Part shown: piece after piece, positions 1-8,628 of the stretch | Layout of the letters: each line of letters starts with the position of its first letter | Numbering within the stretch: the first letter of the stretch is position 1 | Assembly (NCBI GenBank): GCA_035296625.1 | Contig: DATHAO010000049.1 | Location: 3,264 to 67,263, forward strand | DNA: 64,000 nt | Direction: 5' to 3' | DNA from: Acidimicrobiales bacterium | Lineage (GTDB): Bacteria; Actinomycetota; Acidimicrobiia; Acidimicrobiales; VFJN01 | Program-made: the position numbers and the translations under genes | Notes under the pieces: generated by a model | What the model was told of the DNA's origin: nothing | Database searches by the model: none | The model's input: the letters and a program-made list of their open reading frames with translations, nothing else

Positions 1-557
1 CAGCGGTCGCTCCCCGAGCGGGGGTCCTCGCCGGCGAGCAGCGGTCGGTGAGCGACGCGCAGTCCGGGGTAGCCCGCGTCCGCGTTGCTCAGGCGGGGAT
101 CGTCGCCAGGCGTGCCGAGGTCGCCGTGGCCGTCCCCGGCGGCGCTGTAGGACAGCGCGGCATAGGCTGGCCCGCGCCCGGCGCCGGGCTCGGCGTCGCG
201 CTCGGAGGCGGCGTCGCCGTAGAAGGCGGCGTCCGCGTCGAGGTAGGCGTCCTCGTCGTAGGCGGCCTCCCCGTACACGTCCGCGGGCACGCTCAGGTCG
301 GGCTCACCCTCGGCGCGCGGCTCGTCGACGAAGCGGGCCCGGCGGTTGCTCCACACCGTGCTGCGGACGCGCCGGTCGTCAGTGACGAAGCGGGTGGCAG
401 CGTGGTCGGGTGTGGTCCGCCCCAGCAGGGACAACTGCTCGTGGAACGAGCGGATCGTGTCGGTGGGCCGGCCCGCCCGACGGCTCTGCACCCAGGGCGG
501 CACGAGGACTGCGGCCCAGATCACTGCCAGGAGCACCAGTACGGGTATGGATTCCAC
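1..557 (-). CDS. membrane-anchored protein, N-terminal part only (gene runs off the left edge of the window)
   Basis: GTG at 557-555 with GGGAGGG about 9 nt upstream. Translates VESIPVLVLLAVIWAAVLVPPWVQSRRAGRPTDTIRSFHEQLSLLGR..., i.e. one N-terminal TM helix followed by an Asp/Ala-rich tail. The frame stays open to position 1 with high third-position GC. Absent from the ORF track because there is no stop inside the window. Confidence 0.45.
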   Translation of the reverse strand, partial: MESIPVLVLLAVIWAAVLVPPWVQSRRAGRPTDTIRSFHEQLSLLGRTTPDHAATRFVTDDRRVRSTVWSNRRARFVDEPRAEGEPDLSVPADVYGEAAYDEDAYLDADAAFYGDAASERDAEPGAGRGPAYAALSYSAAGDGHGDLGTPGDDPRLSNADAGYPGLRVAHRPLLAGEDPRSGSDR

Positions 558-662
558 TGTCCAACGCCCTCCCACTTGCGACCGTACCGGTCAGCGGGAA
601 GGCGCGGGTGGATGCCCGCTGAGCTGCGACTGCGCCCCCTGGCTACGCCTCGGGCGCGGGCG

Positions 663-1163
663 TCAGAGCCCGAAGTCGCCGTCGAGCTCTCTCCGGCGGA
701 ACGAGCCGCTGCGGCCGCCCGTCTTCTCCCACAGGGCGATCTCGCCGATCGTCATCCCCCGGTCGCTCGACTTGCACATGTCGTAGATGGTGAGGCACGC
801 CACCGAGCAGGCGGTCAGGGCTTCCATCTCGACGCCCGTGCGGTCGACGGTGTCGACCTGGGCCTCGACCTCGATGAAGTCGTCCTCGATGCGGAAGTTG
901 ACGAGCACCGAGCCCACGAGGAGGGGGTGGCACAGCGGGATCAGGTCGGGGGCGCGCTTGGCCGCCTGGATGCCGGCCACCCGGGCCACCGCCAGGACGT
1001 CACCCTTGGTGATCGCCCCGCGTGCGACGAGCGAGGCGGTCTCGGCCTTCATGTGCACCCGGCCGCGCACCACGGCTCGCCGATGCGACGGTTCCTTGGG
1101 GGTGACGTCGATCATCCGAGCCCGGCCGAGCGGGTCGAGGTGCGTGAGCCCGCGGTCAGACAT
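663..1163 (-). CDS. moaC: cyclic pyranopterin monophosphate synthase MoaC
   Basis: 166-aa product from ATG 1163-1161. Contains DLIPLCHPLL and VEMEALTACSVACLTIYDMCK, typical of MoaC. Track ORF 663..1613 is an upstream over-extension. Confidence 0.9.
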   Translation of the reverse strand: MSDRGLTHLDPLGRARMIDVTPKEPSHRRAVVRGRVHMKAETASLVARGAITKGDVLAVARVAGIQAAKRAPDLIPLCHPLLVGSVLVNFRIEDDFIEVEAQVDTVDRTGVEMEALTACSVACLTIYDMCKSSDRGMTIGEIALWEKTGGRSGSFRRRELDGDFGL

Positions 1164-1198
1164 GACGACCAGCCTAGACGGTCCCGGGCACCGCCTCG

Positions 1199-2287
1199 TC
1201 ACCCACCGATCTGGCTCATGCTGCGGCGGGGCCGCACGAACTGCACCTGGCCGATCATGTGGCCGGCGCCCTTGGCCGCGACGCAGCGCTGCACGACCTC
1301 GGCCAGTTGCTCGTCGGATGCGCCCGCCCGCATCGGCCCGCGCACGTCCGACTCGTCGGTGGCGAACAGGCACGAGCGCAGCTGACCGTCCGCGGTGAGG
1401 CGAATGCGGTCGCAGGTCGCACAGAACGGGCGGGTCACCGACGGGATCACGCCCACCTCGCCCCGGCCGTCGCGGTAGGCGAAGCGCTCGGCGGGCTCGC
1501 TGCCCCGCACGATCGCGTCGAGCGGGAAGCGGGCGCCGATGGCGGCCACGATCTCGGCCTGGCTGACGACGGCGCCGTCCGTCCAGCTGCCCTGGGCGTC
1601 GAGCGGCATCCACTCGATGAAGCGCACGGTGACGCCCCGCTCGCGCCCGAACGACGCCATGTCGACGATCTCGTCGTCGTTGACGCCACGCATCACCACG
1701 GCGTTGACCTTCACCGGGCCGAGGCCGGCCTCGAGCGCTGCGTCGATGCCGTCGAGCACCCGGACCAGCTCGTCACGCCGAGTCAGCTCGAAGAAGCGGT
1801 CGCGGCGCAGCGTGTCGAGCGAGACGTTGACCCGCCGCAGACCGGCGCCGGCCAGGTCGCCGGCCATCGGGCGCAGCATGGCGCCGTTCGTGGTGAGCGC
1901 GAGGTCGACGGGGCGCCCGTCGGCGGTCCTCAAGCGGGCGAGCTTCTCGACGAGCACCGGCAGGTGGGCGCGCACGGTGGGCTCGCCGCCGGTCAGGCGC
2001 AGGCTGTCGACGCCGAAGCGGTCGACGCACAGGCGGGCGACCCGCTCGATCTCCTCGAACGTGAGCACCTCGGACCGGGGAAGCCACTGCATCCCCTCTT
2101 CTGGCATGCAGTAGGTGCAGCGGAAGTTGCACCTGTCGGTCACCGAGATGCGTAGGTCGCGGTGAACGCGCCCGAAACCGTCGACGAGGGGGGTGAGGGG
2201 CACGACGGTCAGGGTACCGGCAGCCCCTGGTCCCTCGATAGGGGCCGCTCGCGTCCGCCCGCGTCCCGTGCCGTCCGCGAACGTCAC
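1199..2287 (-). CDS. moaA: GTP 3',8-cyclase MoaA (radical SAM)
   Basis: RISVTDRCNFRCTYCMP (CxxxCxxC radical-SAM cluster), a C-terminal second Cys cluster (FCATCDRIRLTADGQLRSCLF) and a terminal GG. An alternative, more typical GTG start lies at 2203 (VPLTPLVDGFGR). Confidence 0.9.
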   Translation of the reverse strand: MTFADGTGRGRTRAAPIEGPGAAGTLTVVPLTPLVDGFGRVHRDLRISVTDRCNFRCTYCMPEEGMQWLPRSEVLTFEEIERVARLCVDRFGVDSLRLTGGEPTVRAHLPVLVEKLARLRTADGRPVDLALTTNGAMLRPMAGDLAGAGLRRVNVSLDTLRRDRFFELTRRDELVRVLDGIDAALEAGLGPVKVNAVVMRGVNDDEIVDMASFGRERGVTVRFIEWMPLDAQGSWTDGAVVSQAEIVAAIGARFPLDAIVRGSEPAERFAYRDGRGEVGVIPSVTRPFCATCDRIRLTADGQLRSCLFATDESDVRGPMRAGASDEQLAEVVQRCVAAKGAGHMIGQVQFVRPRRSMSQIGG

Positions 2288-2404
2288 CCCACCGCGCTCG
2301 GCGCCACCCGGACGGACGGACGGGCGGGCGGCGGACGGCGGGCGGACGGACCCACGTGGAGCCGACCGGCGGGCCGGTGAGCGCCCGCGAGCGCCGGCGG
2401 AGGT

Positions 2405-3688
2405 TCAGCCGGCGAGTGCAGGCGGATCGCCGAGCAGCACGACCGTCACCGGGTCCCCTGCCGCCACCCCGTCGCCGTCGGGCAGCAGCGCCAGACCGTC
2501 GGCCCGCGAGGCGGCGGCGAGCTGATGGGAGCCCTGGCCCCCGGCGGAGCGGACGTGGAGCCGCCCGTCGGCATCCACGCCCACGAGCACCCGGGCGAGG
2601 TGCAGCTTGCCATCGGGGCGCCGGGGCAGGGCCTCGTCGGCCACGGCCGCCAGGCGTGGCCGGTGCAACCGGTCGGCGGGGTGGCCGGCCAGGCGCCGCA
2701 GCGCCGGACGGGCGAAGAGCTCGAAGCTGACCATCGACGACACCGGGTTGCCGGGCAGGCCGAACACCGGCACCCGCCGCTCGTCGCCGTCGACCTCGGT
2801 GCCCACGTCGGCGGGCACGACGCCGAAGGCCAGGGGCTTGGCGGGGCGGATGGCCACCTGCATCCAGCGCATGTCGCCGAGCCGGTCGAGGACGACCTTG
2901 ACGAGGTCGGTGTCGCCCATGGAGACGCCGCCGCTGGACAGCACGGCGTCGCACCCGGCGACGCCCCGTTCGAGGGCGGCGGTGATCGCCGCCTCGTCGT
3001 CGGGGGCCCGGCCGAGGTCGACCGGCGTGAACCCGGCCGCGGCCACCAGGGCCAGCAGCGTTGGCCGGTTGCTGTCGCGGATCTGGCCCGGCCGCAGCGC
3101 GACTCCGGGCTCGACCAGCTCGTCGCCGGTCGACAGCACCCCGACGCGCGGCCGAGGGCGGGCCTCGACCTCGGTGACCCCCAGCGACGCCAGCACGCCG
3201 AGGCGAGCGGGGGTCAGCTCGTCGCCCGCGGCGAACACGGCGTCACCCGCGCGCAGGTCGCCGCCCGCGGGACGGACGTGGTCGCCCACCTCGGCCACCC
3301 AGCCGATCTCGACCGCGTCGCCGCCATCGGGCGTGCGGCGCCGCTCGGTGCGCTCGACCATGACGACGGCGTCAGCGCCCTGGGGCATGACGGCGCCGGT
3401 GAAGATCCGCATGGCCTCCCCCGCGCCGAGCGGGTGGTCGGCCGGGTGGCCGGCGGCCACCTGGCCGACGACGGGCAGTGTGACGGGCACCTCGGCCAGA
3501 TCGGCGGCGCGCACGGCGTAGCCGTCCATCGCCGTGTTGGCGAACTCCGGGACGTCCTCGCGGGCCGCGACGGGACCGGCCAGCACGCACCCCGCGGCAT
3601 CCCCCACCGGGGTCGTCGCCGATGCGAGCGGCGGGCACCCGGCGAGCACGTGGGCCGTGGCCTCGTCGAGCGGGATCATGGGGCGCAC
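2405..3688 (-). CDS. moeA: molybdopterin molybdenumtransferase MoeA (gephyrin E-domain family)
   Basis: About 425 aa. Contains MIPLDEATAHVL, FANTAMDGYAVRA, SGGVSMGDTDLVK and GLPGNPVSS motifs of MoeA. Start is GTG 3688 or ATG 3679. Lies upstream of moaA-moaC on the same strand. Confidence 0.88.
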   Translation of the reverse strand: MRPMIPLDEATAHVLAGCPPLASATTPVGDAAGCVLAGPVAAREDVPEFANTAMDGYAVRAADLAEVPVTLPVVGQVAAGHPADHPLGAGEAMRIFTGAVMPQGADAVVMVERTERRRTPDGGDAVEIGWVAEVGDHVRPAGGDLRAGDAVFAAGDELTPARLGVLASLGVTEVEARPRPRVGVLSTGDELVEPGVALRPGQIRDSNRPTLLALVAAAGFTPVDLGRAPDDEAAITAALERGVAGCDAVLSSGGVSMGDTDLVKVVLDRLGDMRWMQVAIRPAKPLAFGVVPADVGTEVDGDERRVPVFGLPGNPVSSMVSFELFARPALRRLAGHPADRLHRPRLAAVADEALPRRPDGKLHLARVLVGVDADGRLHVRSAGGQGSHQLAAASRADGLALLPDGDGVAAGDPVTVVLLGDPPALAG

Positions 3689-3871
3689 GCTACCGGTGGG
3701 CCGGTCCGGTCCCGGCGGGCGATCCGCCGCAGCGGGACCCGGCTGCGCCGCCGCCCGGGGGCGGGCCAGCGGTGGCCCGATCCCGGGCGGTCCGAGAGCG
3801 GTCGGGCGGCGGTGGCGGCTGACGGCGGGCGCCGCGCCGTCGGACCGGTCGGGAGGACGGTCGGCTGGACG

Positions 3872-3894
3872 GTCGGACCGTCAGACGGTCCGAC
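3872..3894 (-). terminator. perfect 23-nt palindrome (hairpin) spanning the stop codon of the DUF4383 gene
   Basis: GTCGGACCGTC-A-GACGGTCCGAC is an 11-nt perfect inverted repeat. It contains the tca (TGA) stop at 3881-3883. There is no U-tract, which is common for GC-rich genomes. Confidence 0.35.
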
Positions 3895-4348
3895 GGACCG
3901 CCCGGCGATCGGTGAGGGCGACCCCAAGGGCGATCATGCCGACGCCGAGGACCAGGTGCAGCCAGTTGTCGGCCGTGTTGAACGGCACGAAGTTGGCGTC
4001 GTCGGCCAGGTCGATGACCGCGCCGTACAGCGTGAGCAGCAGGTACACGACGCCGCCGCCGATCAGGTAGAGGCGCGACGCGGGGACGGTGCGGCTGGCC
4101 ACGAGGCCGAGCACCCCGAACGCCAGGTGCACGAGGTTGTGGAGCACCGACACCTGGAACAGGCCGAGCAGCTCGGCGCGCGAGTCGGTTCCGGCGAACG
4201 TGAGGTCGTCGAAGTTCGTCGTGATGCCGGGGATGAAACCGGCGATCCCGACGAGCAGGAAGACCGCGCCGACGAGGGCGGCGGCCCTCTGGATCGTGGT
4301 GGCGTTACCGACGTCGAAGGAACGACCGGCACGATTGGCCTGAGCCAT
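3881..4348 (-). CDS. DUF4383 family membrane protein
   Basis: 155 aa from ATG 4348-4346. Contains AAALVGAVFLLVGIAGFIPGITT...LLGLFQVSVLHNLVHLAFGVLG, characteristic of DUF4383. Track ORF 3881..6046 is an artefactual extension antisense to ligD. Confidence 0.75.
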   Translation of the reverse strand: MAQANRAGRSFDVGNATTIQRAAALVGAVFLLVGIAGFIPGITTNFDDLTFAGTDSRAELLGLFQVSVLHNLVHLAFGVLGLVASRTVPASRLYLIGGGVVYLLLTLYGAVIDLADDANFVPFNTADNWLHLVLGVGMIALGVALTDRRAVRRTV

Positions 4349-4480
4349 GGGTGAACACCTCCGTATGAGAGCTGGCCGGGTCTTCCCGGGGCCCCGGGGG
4401 CGCAAACGCAGGTCGTGGCGGGCGTCACACAACCGGTCGGGGGCTGTTCCTGGAGCCCCGACATCGGGTAGGCCGGGGGC

Positions 4481-6148
4481 GTGGCCAAGGGATCGTCGTC
4501 GCCGGCGGAGCGGCTCGACCGGTACCGGTCGATGCGCGACTTCGACCGGACGGAGGAGCCGTCGGGCGAGGCGGCCCCCGACGGCGAGGCCCGGCCCGCC
4601 GCGCGCGGGCGCTTCGTGGTGCAGCGGCACCGGGCCCGGCGACTCCATTACGACCTGCGCCTCGAGGTCGATGGCGTGCTGGCCAGCTGGGCGGTGCCGA
4701 AGGGTCCGACGCTCGATCCCAAGGCCCGCCACCTGGCCGTGCACGTCGAGGACCACCCGATCGAGTACGCCGACTTCGAGGGGGTCATCCCGTCGGGCGA
4801 GTATGGCGGCGGCGACGTCATCGTGTGGGATCGGGGGACGTGGTCGCCGGTGCGCACCGACGACCCGGCAGCCGCCATCGCCGGGGGCGAGCTGCACTTC
4901 GACCTGGCCGGCGAGAAGCTGGCCGGCCGGTTCGTGCTGGTCCGCACCGACCGGGGCGGCGAGCGGTCGGGCAAGGAACAGTGGCTGCTGCTCCACAAGG
5001 ACGACGACGACGCCCAGCCCGGTTGGGATCCCGAGGACCATCCCCGGTCGGTCAAGTCGGGCCGCACCAACGAGGAGGTGAAGGCCGACCCCGAGTCGCT
5101 GTGGCACGGCGACCGGCCGGCTGCGGAGGCGGAGGTCAAGGTGAAGGCGGAGGGCGCACCCGAGGGGGCCTCGGCCGGGTGGCCGCCGCTCCCCACGTGG
5201 GACGGCCCCACAGAGGACGAGCTCGCCGCGCTTGACGCCCTCGGCGCCAAGGGCCGCTGGACGGTGCAGGGCCACGAGCTGGCGCTCACGAACCTCGACA
5301 AGGTGTTGTTCCCCGGACGCGACGACGAGGCGCCGGTCACCAAGCGCGACCTCATCCGCTACCACGCCGTGATCGCCCCCGTCCTGCTGCCCCACCTGGC
5401 CGACCGGCCCCTCAACACCCACCGGTACCCGAACGGCGTGGACAAGCCGGGCTTCTGGCACAAGGAGGTGCCGAGCCACGCTCCCGAATGGCTGAGCCGC
5501 TGGCGCAACGACGAGGCCGATCCCGGCGAGACCGAGTGGTACGCGGTGCCCGACAGCGTCGCGACGCTCGTGTGGCTGGCGAACTTCGCGGCCATCGAGC
5601 TGCACCCGTGGACCTCCCGCCTGGTCGACGTGCACCAGCCGACCTACGCCCTGTTCGACATCGACCCCGGCGCCAAGACGACGTGGGACGAGGTGCTGTT
5701 CCTGGCCCGCCTGCACCGCACGGCGCTCGAGCACCTCGGCGTCGAGGGCCTGCCCAAGGTGACGGGCCAGCGAGGCGTGCAGATCTGGGTGCCGGTGGCG
5801 CCGGGCTACACCTTCGAACAGACCCGGGCCTGGACCGAGTCGGTGTCCAAGGCCGTCGGCCGCACCGTGCCCGAGCTGATCAGCTGGGCGTGGACCAAGT
5901 CCGATCGGCGGGGCCTGGCCCGCCTCGACTACACCCAGAACGTGAAGAACAAGACGCTGGTGGCGCCCTACAGCGCCCGGCCGGCGCCGGGCGCCCCGGT
6001 CTCGGTGCCGATCGAGTGGGACGAGCTCGACGACCCCGACCTGCACCCCGACCGCTGGACCGTGCGCACCGTGGTCGACCGGGTGGCCGCGATCGGTGAC
6101 CCGTTCGCCCGCCTGCTCGGCGTCGATCAGGTCCTCCCCGACCTGTGA
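4481..6148 (+). CDS. ligD: LigD-type 3'-phosphoesterase + AEP polymerase/primase fusion (NHEJ end-processing enzyme, no ligase domain)
   Basis: The N-terminal half has RFVVQRHRARRLHYDLRLE...WAVPKGP...HPIEYADFEG...YGGGDVIVWD (LigD PE domain). The C-terminal half has LTNLDKVLFP...TKRDLIRYH...YALFDIDPG...KVTGQRGVQIWVP...RLDYTQN (LigD Pol domain). No adenylation KxDG motif is present. Confidence 0.85.
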   Translation: MAKGSSSPAERLDRYRSMRDFDRTEEPSGEAAPDGEARPAARGRFVVQRHRARRLHYDLRLEVDGVLASWAVPKGPTLDPKARHLAVHVEDHPIEYADFEGVIPSGEYGGGDVIVWDRGTWSPVRTDDPAAAIAGGELHFDLAGEKLAGRFVLVRTDRGGERSGKEQWLLLHKDDDDAQPGWDPEDHPRSVKSGRTNEEVKADPESLWHGDRPAAEAEVKVKAEGAPEGASAGWPPLPTWDGPTEDELAALDALGAKGRWTVQGHELALTNLDKVLFPGRDDEAPVTKRDLIRYHAVIAPVLLPHLADRPLNTHRYPNGVDKPGFWHKEVPSHAPEWLSRWRNDEADPGETEWYAVPDSVATLVWLANFAAIELHPWTSRLVDVHQPTYALFDIDPGAKTTWDEVLFLARLHRTALEHLGVEGLPKVTGQRGVQIWVPVAPGYTFEQTRAWTESVSKAVGRTVPELISWAWTKSDRRGLARLDYTQNVKNKTLVAPYSARPAPGAPVSVPIEWDELDDPDLHPDRWTVRTVVDRVAAIGDPFARLLGVDQVLPDL

Positions 6149-6222
6149 CGGGTGACCCGTGACCGGCTGCCCAGACGGCGTGCCGTGGGTGGCGCGTCCC
6201 GAGAGCGGCGGGGGGCAGGGCG

Positions 6223-7110
6223 TCAGACGATCTTGCGGCGGGTGACGACCTGGGCGAGGTAGGCGGCGAACTCGGGGCCGAGGTCCTCGCGGTCGAGCGC
6301 AAGCTCGACTGTCGCGCGGAGGTAGTCGAGCTTCTTGCCGATGTCGAAGCGACCCTCGTCGAACACGAAGCCGTAGACCGGCTGCTCGTCGAGCAGGATG
6401 GCGATGGCGTCGGTGAGCTGCATCTCACCACCGACGCCGGGCTCGATGCGGTCGAGCGCGTCGAAGATCTGCGGGGTGAACACGTAGCGCCCCATGACCG
6501 CCAGGTCCGACGGCGCGTCCTCGGGCTTGGGCTTCTCGACGATGCCGCGCAGGCGCACGAGCCCGCTCTCGTCGGGCGGGTCGACCGCCGCGCACCCGTA
6601 GGACGAGATCTCGTCGGGGGGGAACGACTTGAACGCGATCACCGAGCCGGAGGTGCGTTCGTGGGCGGCGATCATGTCCTCGAGCACGCGAGAGCGCTCG
6701 TCCATGATGTCGTCGCCGAGCATGACCACGAACGGGTCGTCGCCGACGTGCTTACGGGCGACCGACACGGCGTGGCCCAGGCCCAGCGCCTCGCCCTGCC
6801 GGACGTAGTGGATGTCGGCCAGCTGAGCCAGGCTCCGCACCTCGGCCAGCAGCTCGTGCTTGCCCGACGCCTCGAGCGACACCTCGAGCTCGATGGACCG
6901 GTCGAAGTGGTCCTCGAGGCTGCGCTTGCCCCGGCCGGTGATGATGAGGATGTCGTCGATGCCGGCCCGGACGGCCTCCTCCACCACGTACTGGATCGCG
7001 GGACGGTCGACGATCGGCAGCATCTCCTTGGGCTGGGCCTTCGTGGCCGGCAGGAAGCGGGTGCCGAGGCCGGCGGCCGGGATGACCGCCTTGCGCACTG
7101 AACTCGTCAT
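6223..7110 (-). CDS. galU: UTP--glucose-1-phosphate uridylyltransferase
   Basis: 295 aa from ATG 7110-7108. Contains VIPAAGLGTRFLPATKAQPKEMLPIVDRP and VEKP motifs. The track ORF start at 7326 is an over-extension. Confidence 0.9.
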   Translation of the reverse strand: MTSSVRKAVIPAAGLGTRFLPATKAQPKEMLPIVDRPAIQYVVEEAVRAGIDDILIITGRGKRSLEDHFDRSIELEVSLEASGKHELLAEVRSLAQLADIHYVRQGEALGLGHAVSVARKHVGDDPFVVMLGDDIMDERSRVLEDMIAAHERTSGSVIAFKSFPPDEISSYGCAAVDPPDESGLVRLRGIVEKPKPEDAPSDLAVMGRYVFTPQIFDALDRIEPGVGGEMQLTDAIAILLDEQPVYGFVFDEGRFDIGKKLDYLRATVELALDREDLGPEFAAYLAQVVTRRKIV

Positions 7111-7402
7111 CGTGAACACCTCGTGGTTTCGGGTCTGGTCGAGTCTTTGGCTGTCGGAGAGGCCCCTCCAGGCTCCGAGGCTGACAGACGCTACTTGTCG
7201 CCGACCCGCCCGGCCGCCACAGGCCCGGCGGGGGCCAACGCGGCGCGCACGGCCACCCGTCGTGCGATGGCGAACGGCGCCGGCCCGCCGGTACGCTTGG
7301 CACTCTCCCGGCCCGAGTGCCAACACCGGGCACGGGGCGCGAGAGCGAGTCGGCTACCGGTCGTCGAGGGCGACGACCGGTGTGACCCAGCGGAGAGGGT
7401 GC

Positions 7403-7753
7403 ATGCCCACGTACGAATATCGCTGCAAGGACTGCGGCGAGCTGCTCGAGGTCGTCCAGTCGTTCCGCGACGATCCCCTGACCGTCTGCCCGCGCTGCAC
7501 GGGCACCCTCAAGAAGGTGTTCCAGCCCGTGGGCATCGCCTTCAAGGGTCAGGGCTTCTACCGCAACGACGCCCGCTCGGCATCCTCCACGGTGGCCGGT
7601 GCCTCCAAGACCTCGGCGGACGGGTCGTCGTCGTCCGACTCGTCGTCGGGCTCGTCCGACTCCACCTCGGGCGGGTCGTCGGACTCGTCCTCCAGCTCGT
7701 CGTCGGACTCGTCCTCGTCGAGCGGGGCACCCTCCAAGGCCACGTCCGCGTGA
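7403..7753 (+). CDS. FmdB-family zinc-ribbon protein with Ser/Asp-rich tail
   Basis: MPTYEYRCKDCGELLEVVQSFRDDPLTVCPRCTG carries two CxxC pairs. It is followed by about 60 aa of SSSSDSSSGSSDS low complexity. ATG is at 7403. Confidence 0.85.
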   Translation: MPTYEYRCKDCGELLEVVQSFRDDPLTVCPRCTGTLKKVFQPVGIAFKGQGFYRNDARSASSTVAGASKTSADGSSSSDSSSGSSDSTSGGSSDSSSSSSSDSSSSSGAPSKATSA

Positions 7754-8556
7754 GCGCCGCCGCTGGGGACGGGCGCCGCGCCGACATCGGCGTCTACGGG
7801 GGCTCGGGGCTCTATTCCCTCCTCGACGACGTCGAGGTGCTCGAGATCGAGACGCCGTTCGGCCACCCCGCCGCGCCGGTCACGATCGGGTCGGTGGGCG
7901 GGCGCCGGGTGGCGTTCCTGCCCCGCCACGGGCTCGACCACACGCTTCCCCCGCACCGGGTGCCCTACCGGGCCAACGCCTGGGCGCTGCGCGAGCTGGG
8001 CGTGCGGGCGATCTTCGCCCCGTGCGCCTCGGGCTCGCTGCAGCCCGACATCCACCCGGGCGAGTTCGTCGTTCTCGACCAGATCGTCGACCGCACGGCC
8101 GGCCGCCCCTCGTCGTTCCACGACGGCCCGGGCTCGCCCGAGGGCCTGGCTGCGGTGGACCACGTCAGCTTCGCCGACCCCTACGACGCCGACCTGCGCA
8201 AGGTGGCGATCGAGGCGTGCCGGGCGGAGGGCGTCACCGTGCACGAGACCGGCACCGTGGTCGTCATCGAGGGTCCGCGGTTCTCGACCCGGGCCGAATC
8301 CCGCTGGTACGGCGCGCAGGGCTGGCACGTCATCAACATGACGCAGATGCCCGAAGCGGTGCTGGCCGCCGAGGCCGGCATACCGTACGTGTCGATCGCC
8401 CTCATCACCGACTACGACGCTGGGCTCGACGGGGCACCGGGCATCGAGCCGGTGACCATGGACGAGGTCTTCGCGACGCTCGAACGCAACGCCGAGGTCG
8501 TGCGCCGGGTGCTGTTCCGGGCTGTCGATCTCCTGGCCGACTCGGCCCTGGCGTAG
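7750..8556 (+). CDS. mtnP: S-methyl-5'-thioadenosine phosphorylase
   Basis: Contains IGVYGGSGLY, FLPRHG, YRANAWALRELGV and VINMTQMPEAVLAAEAG. The GTG at 7750 overlaps the FmdB stop (GTGA). Confidence 0.85.
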   Translation: MSAAAGDGRRADIGVYGGSGLYSLLDDVEVLEIETPFGHPAAPVTIGSVGGRRVAFLPRHGLDHTLPPHRVPYRANAWALRELGVRAIFAPCASGSLQPDIHPGEFVVLDQIVDRTAGRPSSFHDGPGSPEGLAAVDHVSFADPYDADLRKVAIEACRAEGVTVHETGTVVVIEGPRFSTRAESRWYGAQGWHVINMTQMPEAVLAAEAGIPYVSIALITDYDAGLDGAPGIEPVTMDEVFATLERNAEVVRRVLFRAVDLLADSALA

Positions 8557-8628
8557 CGCCACGCCCGTGGCGGCTAGCGTCGGCGCCACGGCTTCCCCCG
8601 CCTGATCCCCTCTTCGCGGAGGAACGCC

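Noticed and set aside
3689-3880. Possible molybdenum-cofactor riboswitch upstream of moeA-moaA-moaC.
   Set aside because: I could not recognise the Moco RNA motif by eye. The region mainly contains GGTCGGAC-type short repeats and the terminator-like palindrome of the upstream gene. A covariance-model scan would be needed.
7111-7402. Expected a 5-formyltetrahydrofolate cyclo-ligase gene between galU and the FmdB-type gene, as in the mycobacterial arrangement I remember. I also considered a leader RNA.
   Set aside because: The 290-nt gap is too short for that gene, and the in-frame upstream translation is not protein-like. I saw no conserved RNA motif. It is treated as a plain divergent promoter region.
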